Part shown: one piece after another, positions 48,552 through 58,843 of the stretch
How the letters are laid out: every line of letters starts with the position of its first letter
Position numbering within the stretch: position 1 is the stretch's first letter
Made by a program: the position numbers and the translations under genes
Notes under the pieces: generated by a model
Told to the model about the DNA's origin: nothing
Seen by the model: only the letters and a program-made list of their open reading frames with translations
Databases searched by the model: none
DNA from: a virus
DNA: 64,000 nucleotides
Reading direction: 5' to 3' (one strand)
Virus record (IMG/VR): IMGVR_UViG_3300035670_000110
Span: 24,609-88,608 of that record

Positions 48552-48886
48552 TAAGAAACCTCTACTCCTGAAATATGAATATTTAAGGATGCTGAAGCAC
48601 TTGCGAACCCATGAATAGAAGATCCTGTTGGAAGAACACTTTTAATTTCAATGCTAAGAGTGTTATTTGCTGATACTAATATTTCCGGGAAAATTTTATT
48701 TGAATTTGAGGGTGATCCTGCATTTGGAACAAAATATAATGTAGCATCTAAATCTGCTCCAGTTGTATTTGAAATTAATATTTGCTTTATTATAGATGTT
48801 GTGGAGGCAGGAACGACATATAATGCACTTGCTGTACCTGGAAGATCCCTGGCAGCAACCAGTTCCTTTAAATCAAAAACGGACAT
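48551..48886 (-). CDS. Small virion beta-sandwich protein
   Basis: LYVVPASTTSIIKQILISN...NIHISGVEV pattern common in phage fibre clusters; GGAGGAGG SD. Confidence 0.68.
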   Translation of the reverse strand: MSVFDLKELVAARDLPGTASALYVVPASTTSIIKQILISNTTGADLDATLYFVPNAGSPSNSNKIFPEILVSANNTLSIEIKSVLPTGSSIHGFASASASLNIHISGVEVS

Positions 48887-48926
48887 TTAAACCTCCTCCA
48901 CTTTATTATAGATTATATCATTCATG

Positions 48927-50756
48927 TTAGTAAATTCCCATATGGGTTGCTACCATAAGATTATTAAAATCTTGATTACTTGCATATAAAGATGATGCTG
49001 TGCTTTCTGTTAAGAAACTAGGGGCATCAGTTATTCCGGTCCAATTTATTGATGATGCTGTCTGAGCGTGATTAGCCGTATTATTAATACCTAAATAAAT
49101 ATTTGATGCGTCTGTTTTACTTAAATATATTACTGACGCTGTTTCTGCTGATTGAAAATATTCTGCTTTATATCCATCAAGGAATTCTGCATTTAAATTT
49201 ATTGACTTTGCGCTTGATGATACTTCAATATTATTAACTACTAAAGTTGCAAAAGTAACACTAGGAGAACTAAAATCAAAAATATCGTTTATTGGATGAT
49301 CTGCATTTGCTAATAATTTCCACTTTTTATCCAAATGATCTCTAATTAATCCGGTATGACTATGTTGACCCGCTGCAGATGATGAATTGATATCTCCATA
49401 TGGTGCAATGAATCCTATATCTAAAATATCAGAAGTGTACTGACTTCGACCAAGATATATAACTGGATCATTAACTTCTAATGATGTTGTATTAAGATAT
49501 ACTGTTGATCCAGTAACAAATAGATCATGAGCAAAAAGTACTCCATGTATGTTTAAATTTCCTTCTTTTATTTGAGTAGCAGAAGAAGTGTTTATAAAAT
49601 ATGATGCATGAAATGAATCTAATGTATCTGCATCTATTCCTGACCCTTCTCCGTCAACTTCTTGAATCGCGGCGGCTAAACCTTGATTAGTCCAATAAGA
49701 TGATGATTGACTGTAAGTAATAATATCGTTGTCGGATAATGTTGTGAATTCAACATTGGAGTCTGTTCCGCCCAAAACTGATCCATTATCCATACGAACA
49801 TAAATTCTCCCTGTATTTGCTTCTTGTCTTAAAACAATTGCGAGAGATGTTTTAATTGCTGGAGACGTTGGTTTTGTACTTGTCCACCCACCAGGATTTA
49901 TTGGGTCTGGGTAAAGGATTGTTCCGATAGCATAACTGGCGGTATTAACGTCACGAACAATTCCATCGGTGGTTACCAGACCATATTCTGATCCATCAGG
50001 AATATCTTGGGTGGCTACACCAATAATATATTCTGGACCCACCGTTCCATTTGTTACTGCCTTAGCAATAGTTACTCTATCTCCAATAACCCCTGTAGCC
50101 ATAACAATAGAGCCATGAGGAATTAATACACCAGAATTATTTTTTACAGGAGCAAAGTAAGACTCCATGCCAATAGATTGAACAACACTTCCAGACATTC
50201 CAAGATCTAGAGTTCCTTCTTCAACATTCCACTCTAATTGTCCTGGCTCTAAAAATCCTGGCTCTAATGAGGTATTAAAGTCTATTCTTGTAATATCAAA
50301 TGACTGTTCACCGTCGCGCATAACAATTGCGGAGGCGGTATTGTTCCAAGTAGCATTAGTTGATATGGTTAATTTATCAGCAGAGGCGGTAGCATTAAGA
50401 ATGATTCCATTCTCCGCCGCAAAAGTTAATTCATCGGTAATTAAATCTGCTATAACATCTTCCGTTGGCGGAAGGGTTTTAATAGTGCCAAAATTGTTTA
50501 CACTTGATGATATTCTAAAATATGCTGAGGCTGCTGATTCTTCTGTTAAAAAGTTTCCAGATGGACTAGTACCAGTATTACCATCACCGACTAAATTCCA
50601 TTCTGAACCATTCCAAGCATAAAGGCTAGATGCACTAATCCATAGTTGTCCTATAAACGGATTAGATGGGGATGAAGAGGTATAATTAACAAGATTTGTA
50701 GGACCGCCAACTTGAAGGCCGTTCTTTACCTTAAAATCTTTATCTTGTGTCGCCAA
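48927..50756 (-). CDS. Tail fibre / decoration fibre protein
   Basis: MATQDKDFKVKNG N-terminus, GSGIDADTLD and LNAEFLDG fibre repeats, GNL...G.L.VTG..VYLNT..LEVNDP motif. Confidence 0.75.
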   Translation of the reverse strand: MATQDKDFKVKNGLQVGGPTNLVNYTSSSPSNPFIGQLWISASSLYAWNGSEWNLVGDGNTGTSPSGNFLTEESAASAYFRISSSVNNFGTIKTLPPTEDVIADLITDELTFAAENGIILNATASADKLTISTNATWNNTASAIVMRDGEQSFDITRIDFNTSLEPGFLEPGQLEWNVEEGTLDLGMSGSVVQSIGMESYFAPVKNNSGVLIPHGSIVMATGVIGDRVTIAKAVTNGTVGPEYIIGVATQDIPDGSEYGLVTTDGIVRDVNTASYAIGTILYPDPINPGGWTSTKPTSPAIKTSLAIVLRQEANTGRIYVRMDNGSVLGGTDSNVEFTTLSDNDIITYSQSSSYWTNQGLAAAIQEVDGEGSGIDADTLDSFHASYFINTSSATQIKEGNLNIHGVLFAHDLFVTGSTVYLNTTSLEVNDPVIYLGRSQYTSDILDIGFIAPYGDINSSSAAGQHSHTGLIRDHLDKKWKLLANADHPINDIFDFSSPSVTFATLVVNNIEVSSSAKSINLNAEFLDGYKAEYFQSAETASVIYLSKTDASNIYLGINNTANHAQTASSINWTGITDAPSFLTESTASSLYASNQDFNNLMVATHMGIY

Positions 50757-50784
50757 GGTTCCCTATCCCCTCGTCCTTTTTAAA

Positions 50785-52458
50785 TTAAGAGTCTATCAGT
50801 GTTCTTACCGCCTTGATATCAACATTTGTTGTGGCAGCATCAGGAGATTCCGCTTTAAAGAATAATCCACCGCTGAACGCTGAAGCGGTCAAAATTATGT
50901 TTGCGGCACCATTGGCACTATCTACAATAGCATATTCAGTTATATATGCATTAGTTCCATCCCAAGAGACAAGGACCTTTGAAGAAGTCATTTTAGTACC
51001 TTGTTTTGCTTGTAAAAGATATTCTGCAGTAGTGAATGAGGATACACTGAATGAATCTATGGTTGTTGGAGTATCGTTTGCAGTTACTGTAACAGTAGAA
51101 GTTGTAATTGTAGCATGTGCAAAATCTACACCAGCAAATGTTGGTGTAGATGTGGTTCCTATGCTTTGTGGAAGGCTAAGAACAACTGATGCTGTCTCTC
51201 CACCAGAACCTGCAACAAGAACCTGATCGGCAGTTCCATAAATTCCAGCAACATAGTCTCCAGTGGTATCTGTTCCAAGAGCAATGGAGTCGGCAGCAAT
51301 AGTAAGAGTAATACTTGCACTGTCTAGATTGCTTACTGTTCCTGTTCCTGTGACATCGCCAGTGAATACTAAGTTAAAGTCTTTTTCTACTGTAACTGTA
51401 ATGCTTGCGGAGCCAAGATCTGTTAATGTTGCTCCACCAGAAACATCACCGATTAAAGTAATTGTTGGGTCTGGAATATTAAGAATATTTGACCAGTCTA
51501 CATTGGCATCAATCTCTCCTTTAGTACCGGAAAATACTTCAGCGGAGTTGGTAGCATCTGGAATAAATGTAAATTTTCCGGTGGAGTCATCGAAACCAAA
51601 GAAACCTAATTTAGCAGTTCCGTCGTTCCATTTAAATTCAATACCTCTATCTTTACCGTCATCAATTCCGTCTGTGTCTCCTCCCAATGTAAAGATTGGG
51701 TCGTCGATGGTAACGACTGTGCTATTAATAATGACAGAAGATCCTGTCACAATAAGATTTTCTCCTACTGTAAGGCTCCCTGCAATAGTGACATTATCCG
51801 GTAGGCCAACCTGAATATTTCCGGTAGATGCTGACACTGTAACTTCATTATCAGTTCCAATAACAGACTGTACTCCAGACATTCCAATTAGTTGCTCTAC
51901 TGTATATCCATTTAAATATTGCGAATTAAGGTTATTAACTAAAGCAGAACTTCCTACAGTAAATATATCTGTAATATATAATGCGCCAAAAGTTGGGCTA
52001 GCGCCAGAAGAAATATCTTGAATAGTAGAAATTGTTGGACTAGCACTTTCTCCCGATGTATGGCTAATGACAATGCTATTTCCAGGCTGGATTGACTCTA
52101 CATAATCCCCAAAAGTTTCTACTCCCAAGGTTACTGCATCTAAAGCAACTCCAGCATCCTGAATAACTATTGTTCCATTTTGTAAATCTGTAAATGTTGC
52201 AGAGCCTGTTCCAACAAGGCCGCCAGATAGTTCTACAGTGATGGTGAGGTCTGGCTTATTTGTAGTATTTGACCAATCTAATAGATAAGAAGAGTCTAGA
52301 CCATCAACATAGTCAGCGCTTAAATTAGTGACATTGGCGGAAGAGGTTACTACCAATGGAGGGTTTGATGAAGTAGTGGATATTAGTTGAGTACCTTGTA
52401 CCTCTTCTCCAGCAACTATTCCATTTCTAACAACAAAGTCTTTATTTACAGTAGCCAT
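50785..52458 (-). CDS. Tail fibre protein
   Basis: MATVNKDFVVRNG N-terminus, NLSADYVDG, DDGKDRGIEF, GDVTG repeats, IALGTDTTGDYVA, C-terminal IDSF...TAEY..Q domain. Confidence 0.78.
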   Translation of the reverse strand: MATVNKDFVVRNGIVAGEEVQGTQLISTTSSNPPLVVTSSANVTNLSADYVDGLDSSYLLDWSNTTNKPDLTITVELSGGLVGTGSATFTDLQNGTIVIQDAGVALDAVTLGVETFGDYVESIQPGNSIVISHTSGESASPTISTIQDISSGASPTFGALYITDIFTVGSSALVNNLNSQYLNGYTVEQLIGMSGVQSVIGTDNEVTVSASTGNIQVGLPDNVTIAGSLTVGENLIVTGSSVIINSTVVTIDDPIFTLGGDTDGIDDGKDRGIEFKWNDGTAKLGFFGFDDSTGKFTFIPDATNSAEVFSGTKGEIDANVDWSNILNIPDPTITLIGDVSGGATLTDLGSASITVTVEKDFNLVFTGDVTGTGTVSNLDSASITLTIAADSIALGTDTTGDYVAGIYGTADQVLVAGSGGETASVVLSLPQSIGTTSTPTFAGVDFAHATITTSTVTVTANDTPTTIDSFSVSSFTTAEYLLQAKQGTKMTSSKVLVSWDGTNAYITEYAIVDSANGAANIILTASAFSGGLFFKAESPDAATTNVDIKAVRTLIDS

Positions 52459-52499
52459 AGTGAAACCTCACAAGTATTGGATTTAATTAAATTATAGCA

Positions 52500-52976
52500 T
52501 TATATCTTTATTATTATCTTATACAATTTAACAGTCACACTGGTTACATCACCGTCTGGAACTGTTACTGTAAGGACGAGATTAGCCCCTGAAATATCGG
52601 CGGCGAGTGTGTATGAAATAGATCCGCCTAACTCTATTTTTCCATATTCAGAGATTCCTGCATTTGTATCATCATGAATTATCATACATTTTACTGAAGT
52701 ATATTTAGTTCCCTGATTCATTTGAATTATATATTCAGCAGATCTGTATGAAGATGCTGGAAAAGAATCAAGAATTGTAGATAAATTACTGCTAACGTTA
52801 ATTGTGGATGAACTGTTTATTACCTGGCCAAAATTTACACCAGAAAATTCTGGCTGATCAGTAGTTTTAACACCCTGATCTAAATAAGAGTCATGGGTTG
52901 TTAAGGTAGACCTAATATTATTGTGGTCTTCTAAGTGTCCTGAATTTCCATGTGATCTAATTGGAGGGATGGCCAT
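52500..52976 (-). CDS. Short fibre/adaptor protein sharing the C-terminal domain of 50785..52458
   Basis: GHLEDHN N-terminus; LDSF...YRSAEYIIQ..QGTKY......IHD......SEYG. Confidence 0.7.
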   Translation of the reverse strand: MAIPPIRSHGNSGHLEDHNNIRSTLTTHDSYLDQGVKTTDQPEFSGVNFGQVINSSSTINVSSNLSTILDSFPASSYRSAEYIIQMNQGTKYTSVKCMIIHDDTNAGISEYGKIELGGSISYTLAADISGANLVLTVTVPDGDVTSVTVKLYKIIIKI

Positions 52977-52991
52977 AAAATTTATTATACA

Positions 52992-55900
52992 TTAAGGAAG
53001 ATAATAAAAATCTATTCCTTTGGATAAATTAAAAGATTCATTCAGCCAACTATTAACAAGCAGTACCGTTTGATCATCATGGCTATTGCTAAATAAAACA
53101 ATGGAAGAAATATCTCCATTTAATGATCCTTGAGAACTTTTCCCTAAAATAATACTTTCTATATTTGATTGATTAGATATATTTTCATACAATTTAACAT
53201 TGTTCATATATATAGAACTTGAACCGGAAGAGGCAGTTATGGTATAAATATGAAAACTATTATCATAATTTGATACTGATGCAGAAGTTTCTGCCTGTGC
53301 ATATATATATCCTCCATCAGAATATATGGAAACTGATGCGGACTCAAATATGCCGCCGTCGTTAAATATTCTTCCAACAATATATAATGTATATGGCTGA
53401 TTTGATGAAGCGGAGGATTCCATGAACTGCGTTCCATTAAATTTAACTACTGGCATATCATAATCAGTGGAAAGTGGGAAGACCCAGGACGATGTAATAA
53501 CTGATCCTGTAGAAGGATAAAGACCTAGATTGTCCCAGTAAACAAAGTCATTAATATCATATGAGCCATTATAAAATCTTATTTCTGCGGATATTGCTGA
53601 AGAAGATGTTGTAAATTCTGTGTATAAATCATATATTCCTGTTAAATTATCTGATGCATTTGATGATGCAGAGAATATTAATCCCGATCCCTCATCTACA
53701 TAAACAGATATTGTTCTTGATAAATTATGTAAAAATGAAGCAGATTGAGGTTTAGATAACTTTAAACTCCCGACAACAGAATATTTCTGATTAGGATAAA
53801 TAGAAATAGAGGCAGTGTTATTCATATAAATATATGAATCTATTGATGTTCCATCAGGAATTACCTTTAGGCCTTTTTGTCCAGAAACAGCACCATCTGA
53901 AGAAGATTCTACTGATGAATTAACTGAAATAATATTGGATACGCTTCCAGACTCACCCCCGGCTAACTGTTCATTGGTAAATACATTTTTAGATTGAAGT
54001 CTAAATATTGGAGCAGATGCTGAATCATTCTGAATCGCATGAAATTCATTTCCAGATAAATCATTCCATCGGTTAACATGTGAATCATCTTCCGACTTTA
54101 TTTTATTTAATCCATTAGTAAATCTAGAATCTAGCCATAATATAAGGTTGTTTAAAGATCTTGGGTCTAATGGCTTTGCTGCAAAATCGTCCGTAAATTC
54201 AGATATCGAATTTAACATTTTTATTCCAGAATTTTTTGTCATAAATATGTTAGGGGTTTTCCTTATTTCTGGAAGAAATACATACGATGATGAATTATAC
54301 AATAAATAGTTGTTTCCGTCGTCATGTCTCAGCGAGACTTTATCCGCATCGCCGGAATATGTCTCAAAAGTGAAATATTTAATCCTTGGTGGCAAATAGT
54401 TAGCATCCTCTGAATACATTTCAAAGTCAAAGGTTAGGTATGTTCCAGAAAGATTGTTATTATTTATAAATGGAAATGTGTCATTTTTGTAAAATCTAGT
54501 TTTTGGATATATAACGCTTCCGCTGTAATCGTAGTGGGTCACATAAAAAAGAACTTGCGAAGATGATAAAATATCTGGGTAGCCAACGCTAACAGTATTT
54601 GCAGAAAGTTTTTGATCATCATCATTATTAAATTTACCAATATCAATAGCGTGGAGATTAAAGGTTAAATTACCATAAGTTTGAGTTTTGAATCTTTTTT
54701 GATTGCTATCATATGTGATTTTATATCTATATTTTTTATATGACTCTAAATCTTGAAACGTAGAATAAGAAGCGGAAAAGTCATCTTGAAGAACAGAAAA
54801 TGATTTGAATGTTCCAGAAAATTGATTTACTGACGGTAGATTGGTTGAATAATTATCTTGATCATAAGAAATATTGCTTCCGATCCTAATTATTTTTTGA
54901 TAATCTAATGGGAAATAGTAACTAAGAGGATCTAGTCCATAAAGATTTTCATCGTAGAAAGCAAAAGAAGATGTTTGAACAAAACTTCCTGTTTGAGCAA
55001 AATAAAAGTATGAGTTGTCTAAAAACTTCATACCAATATATGCCTCTGGATTGCTCTCAATATCTACAATATTAAAATCAACAGCATTTCCATTTATTGT
55101 TTCTATTAAAATTTTATATGAGCCAGATTGATTATATAAATTAAATTTTAGTATCTCTTCACTGGGTTCGGAGCCAATGGACATTATCGTTTGCTTTTCA
55201 AAAACCTTGGGTAAATTTCCATCAAATTTTACTTTTACAAAAAATGGATATTGTCCTGAAAGTATTTTTTGATATAAACTTCTTATATCTATATATGCCG
55301 CATTAACAGTAGATCCGCTGCTCGTAATAAAAGATATTTGATTTGATGAAGTCTGAATGTCATTGTTATAAGAATAAAATATTGGTTCATCATAATTTAA
55401 AGGAGATATGCCAGATTGAGTCATTATTAAATCTTTTACTTCCGCCTGACGCCATTCCTGTGGATATCTCCAGTCAATTTTAAATATTTTTTCCGTATCT
55501 ATTGTGGAAAAATTATATAGTGTCCCGCCTCGGGCATGAAATACATCATCCCCAATAGATTTACCCAAACCATATACATAATGTCTTTTAGCATCGAAAG
55601 TGCTTAGGATATTTGAATATAAAGCGACACTATCTATTATCCAATTTTCTGACGGAGGTCCGTAAAAATCTATGTAATCATTTTCTAAATGACTAGGGTC
55701 TAATTCCAAATTAATATAATTATTTTCATTATTTTTAAAAGAATTTCCATTTATCATCAATACCATTGACGATGGATTTTTCCCAATTAATATATGATTA
55801 GGTTCTTCTGGATTTTCAATGTCTCCACGAACTTCCATATAACTTGCACTTGTTCCATATCTAAAAATTAAATAATTATTTTTAATAAATAATCCTACAT

Positions 55901-56249
55901 TATCAGATCCTCTTTTTTTAAAAATGGGATATTCTTCAGAGGACAGGAACTCTGTTTGAAACCAAAATGTCATACAAGAGTTTTTATTTTTATATAGTTC
56001 TGAAAATTGTCCTATTGCTGGCACAGACATGCCAACTGAAGAGGATATGAATCTAAGAGCAGACCCTCCTCCAAAAACTATAGGAGTTTCTGTAACATCA
56101 GTATTATTTATAAAAATGGAGGCACTATTAGAGTAAGCACTATTATTATAAAAATTTATAGCCTTAGACATTGAAGAACTTTGGGTAATATCATCCAGCG
56201 GCCAAACAATATCAGCAGAGTCTTGCAAGATTATCTTGCTGTATGACAT
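52992..56249 (-). CDS. Large virion protein with ConA/LamG-like and carbohydrate-binding-like domains
   Basis: MSYS.IILQD....WPLDD LamG-type start, IDSVALY, LILWLDS...WNDLSGN..HA.Q, YWDNL, LNGDISSIVLF. Confidence 0.75.
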   Translation of the reverse strand: MSYSKIILQDSADIVWPLDDITQSSSMSKAINFYNNSAYSNSASIFINNTDVTETPIVFGGGSALRFISSSVGMSVPAIGQFSELYKNKNSCMTFWFQTEFLSSEEYPIFKKRGSDNVGLFIKNNYLIFRYGTSASYMEVRGDIENPEEPNHILIGKNPSSMVLMINGNSFKNNENNYINLELDPSHLENDYIDFYGPPSENWIIDSVALYSNILSTFDAKRHYVYGLGKSIGDDVFHARGGTLYNFSTIDTEKIFKIDWRYPQEWRQAEVKDLIMTQSGISPLNYDEPIFYSYNNDIQTSSNQISFITSSGSTVNAAYIDIRSLYQKILSGQYPFFVKVKFDGNLPKVFEKQTIMSIGSEPSEEILKFNLYNQSGSYKILIETINGNAVDFNIVDIESNPEAYIGMKFLDNSYFYFAQTGSFVQTSSFAFYDENLYGLDPLSYYFPLDYQKIIRIGSNISYDQDNYSTNLPSVNQFSGTFKSFSVLQDDFSASYSTFQDLESYKKYRYKITYDSNQKRFKTQTYGNLTFNLHAIDIGKFNNDDDQKLSANTVSVGYPDILSSSQVLFYVTHYDYSGSVIYPKTRFYKNDTFPFINNNNLSGTYLTFDFEMYSEDANYLPPRIKYFTFETYSGDADKVSLRHDDGNNYLLYNSSSYVFLPEIRKTPNIFMTKNSGIKMLNSISEFTDDFAAKPLDPRSLNNLILWLDSRFTNGLNKIKSEDDSHVNRWNDLSGNEFHAIQNDSASAPIFRLQSKNVFTNEQLAGGESGSVSNIISVNSSVESSSDGAVSGQKGLKVIPDGTSIDSYIYMNNTASISIYPNQKYSVVGSLKLSKPQSASFLHNLSRTISVYVDEGSGLIFSASSNASDNLTGIYDLYTEFTTSSSAISAEIRFYNGSYDINDFVYWDNLGLYPSTGSVITSSWVFPLSTDYDMPVVKFNGTQFMESSASSNQPYTLYIVGRIFNDGGIFESASVSIYSDGGYIYAQAETSASVSNYDNSFHIYTITASSGSSSIYMNNVKLYENISNQSNIESIILGKSSQGSLNGDISSIVLFSNSHDDQTVLLVNSWLNESFNLSKGIDFYYLP

Positions 56250-56259
56250 TTACACTCCC

Positions 56260-58194
56260 TCATGCGCTATTGATATCGACAACCTCACAGTTACCCGCAG
56301 AACAGGCTAAATCCTGAGTTCCAGTAGTTCCGTCAGATGTCTCATAGTAAGAAAGCCAATTCCAATCTATACTGGACGGCGTTTTTTCTACTAATTCATT
56401 ATACTCTGATTCTGTTATATCCTGGTAGGGCGCTTGCTGATATGTATGCTCGGAATATGGAAGGAATGAAACCCCGGACAATTCATCTATGTGCTTATAT
56501 ACCCAAGATCCTACTTCCATCCACTCATGTTCTTTTACTGAGATTGTGATCGACGGCTTGTGTTCTGTCCAATTTCTTTGATAAGCAAGCCATAGTTCTA
56601 GATGATCGATTGCTGTGAGATCTTTTCTAGTAAGAGCACCTTCTGGAGCCTTTATGGGGAAGGTGAAAACGGTAGTATCTGATGGCTTCATTACATCCGG
56701 CTCATTCATGACTCCAAAATCTCTTAATAATGTCGTAACTGGATCTTTATTATCCGCCCTAATTGTTCGTGCATAAAACTCATTGTGCCATGGATGCATA
56801 CCTGAAGAGCAATTTACTAATTGAGATACTGTTCCAGATGGCTTGACGCAAGTAATTGCTGCTGATTGATTTATTCCTAAATCATTTGCCACAGTTTTAT
56901 TTACCTCTACAGCCTTTTCCCTCATTTTGTTTAACCACTCAGATAGTTTTTCCATACCCTCTGATCCATTAAGTACTTTATGTCCTAATTGACCAGTAAG
57001 TGATACCCCAAGCAATCTTTCTTCTTCAGAATTTTTTTGCCATATTTTTCTTAAGTATTTAAATCTAGTGAATGTTGACTGGAAGGTTCCCAGAATAGTT
57101 GCTATCTCTACTTTTCTTAAAAGATCTTCTAGGGTATCATCTTCTTTTACAACAACTTCTGTTAAATTGCAGAACTGGAACGGTCTAAGAATAATTTCGC
57201 TACAAGGATTGGTTCCAAATTCATGGCCTATATCTCTACGCCCACTAACCGACGCAACTCTTCTAGCAGCATCCCTAGAAAAGATGCCACGCTCTCCAGA
57301 TTTAGAATCATAAAGTGACTTCCATTCCGCCATAAAAACTTCCATGCTTGGCCTTGAGTCGTAGACGGCTGAATTATTTGCTAAGGCTCTCTGCCCATTA
57401 TACTCCCACCATGATCCCGCTTTGGCAGCAGCCATGTTTCTATCTTCTAAATCAGAAAGTGATATCATAGCGGATCTTCTTACTCCACCAACTACTACAA
57501 CTTCTGCAATTTTACACATAATGTCGTGGGCTTCTAGAGGTGTTAGTTTTCTTCCAGAAGCATTTTTTATTGTATCTACCGTGAATTTAAATAATCTTTC
57601 TAGTGGTTCTGGACCAGACGCACGACCGCCAAAAGTTTTAAGTCTAGCACCTGCTGGACGTACGTTAGAAACATCCCATGAGGGAACCTGTCCTTGATAT
57701 AAAAGAGCAATTAACTCTCTAAGAGCCTTAGCCCATCCAGCCTTAGAGTCGTCAACCATAATTATGGTATTTGAATTTTCAAAATGCTCGTTAATAACTG
57801 GAAGTTGATTAACGTATTTAGATTCTACTGAGTATCCAACTCCAGTTCCACACATAAGAATGTACATTGCTTCATCGAATGACCTCAGTGAGTCTACTGG
57901 TAGGTAACTACAGTTATACAAGCATGTACTGTCTCTTTCCAGCGCCGGGCCAGCGGTCATTAGACCTCTCATGGAGGGCATTACATCTGTTTGTAAAATA
58001 GCATCTAGAATTAATTGCTTAGTAAATTCATCTACATGATAGTCATTATGTTTTATTAACGTGTCGCATACATAATTTACATATCGCCCAACTGTTTCAT
58101 GCCAGTCCTCTCTTCTATTCTCTTCTTCTATCCATCTTGCGTATCTTGTTTTATGAATAACTTGCTGATAGGCTGTTGGCAATGAAACTGTCAT
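56260..58194 (-). CDS. nrdJ: Class II (adenosylcobalamin-dependent) ribonucleotide reductase
   Basis: MPSMR, YNCSY, GTGVG, GGRASGP, VVVGGVRRSA, TNPCSEI, CNLTEV, TCVKPSGTVS, EHKPS, terminal CSAGNC; no beta-subunit gene nearby. Start set at 58194 (GGAG SD). Confidence 0.93.
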   Translation of the reverse strand: MTVSLPTAYQQVIHKTRYARWIEEENRREDWHETVGRYVNYVCDTLIKHNDYHVDEFTKQLILDAILQTDVMPSMRGLMTAGPALERDSTCLYNCSYLPVDSLRSFDEAMYILMCGTGVGYSVESKYVNQLPVINEHFENSNTIIMVDDSKAGWAKALRELIALLYQGQVPSWDVSNVRPAGARLKTFGGRASGPEPLERLFKFTVDTIKNASGRKLTPLEAHDIMCKIAEVVVVGGVRRSAMISLSDLEDRNMAAAKAGSWWEYNGQRALANNSAVYDSRPSMEVFMAEWKSLYDSKSGERGIFSRDAARRVASVSGRRDIGHEFGTNPCSEIILRPFQFCNLTEVVVKEDDTLEDLLRKVEIATILGTFQSTFTRFKYLRKIWQKNSEEERLLGVSLTGQLGHKVLNGSEGMEKLSEWLNKMREKAVEVNKTVANDLGINQSAAITCVKPSGTVSQLVNCSSGMHPWHNEFYARTIRADNKDPVTTLLRDFGVMNEPDVMKPSDTTVFTFPIKAPEGALTRKDLTAIDHLELWLAYQRNWTEHKPSITISVKEHEWMEVGSWVYKHIDELSGVSFLPYSEHTYQQAPYQDITESEYNELVEKTPSSIDWNWLSYYETSDGTTGTQDLACSAGNCEVVDINSA

Positions 58195-58311
58195 ATATAT
58201 CCACTCCGTTATATAAATATAATTGGCTACCATCTCTAGATGGTAACCTTAATAATTCTACTACTACTTTCCTTCAAAGTATATGATTTTTATGTGTGAT
58301 ATTATATCGAC

Positions 58312-58524
58312 ATGATCACAATACAAGAACTTCATTTATATAAAAAGATGAGTGATAAAAAATTACTTCCGAGTCTTGTTTGTCCTGTAGATGAACTTCA
58401 TAAAGAAATTTATCCATGGGTAGATGAAAATGAAAAAGTTTGCCTATGGTGTGTTTTTTGTAATTCTAAAGTATATTTAGGTTTAGAAAGAGAAAAGTAT
58501 ATTAAAGAGTTACTTCGTCGGTAA
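58312..58524 (+). CDS. Small Zn-binding protein
   Basis: CPVDELH...CVFC; leaderless start 6 nt after TGATATTAT; divergent from nrdJ. Confidence 0.7.
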   Translation: MITIQELHLYKKMSDKKLLPSLVCPVDELHKEIYPWVDENEKVCLWCVFCNSKVYLGLEREKYIKELLRR

Positions 58525-58843
58525 CAAAAATATTTCCGGTCATCAGAGTGGTCACAACAGACGATGAATTTTCCATTTGAACATCGTAGACCCAGTTTTT
58601 ATTTGCAGCAAGAAGAGATGAATTCTCAGAACTCAGAGTGAACAAAACTTTTCCTGAAGATGCTGAAAGTATTTCTGTATCAAAACTTGACACTGGAGAT
58701 GATGAACCCTTCTGCTTAATTGATCCTGAGAATACTGTTCCCCCTGGGATACTAAATGCACTACCACTTGTCTGTAAAGTAAGGGAAAATCTTAAAGTAT
58801 CTCCCTTATATAATTCAAAAGAGTTATATGCTGGCATAGTCAT
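58502..58843 (-). CDS. BppU-N-like virion protein
   Basis: LYKGDT, GKVLFTLS, WVYDVQM, TLMTGNIFVTDEVT. Confidence 0.72.
   Translation of the reverse strand: MTMPAYNSFELYKGDTLRFSLTLQTSGSAFSIPGGTVFSGSIKQKGSSSPVSSFDTEILSASSGKVLFTLSSENSSLLAANKNWVYDVQMENSSSVVTTLMTGNIFVTDEVTL

Noticed and set aside
1-58194. Inteins or introns in dnaE, dnaB or nrdJ
   Set aside because: Lengths are normal, conserved motifs are contiguous, and no intein or LAGLIDADG signatures were seen.
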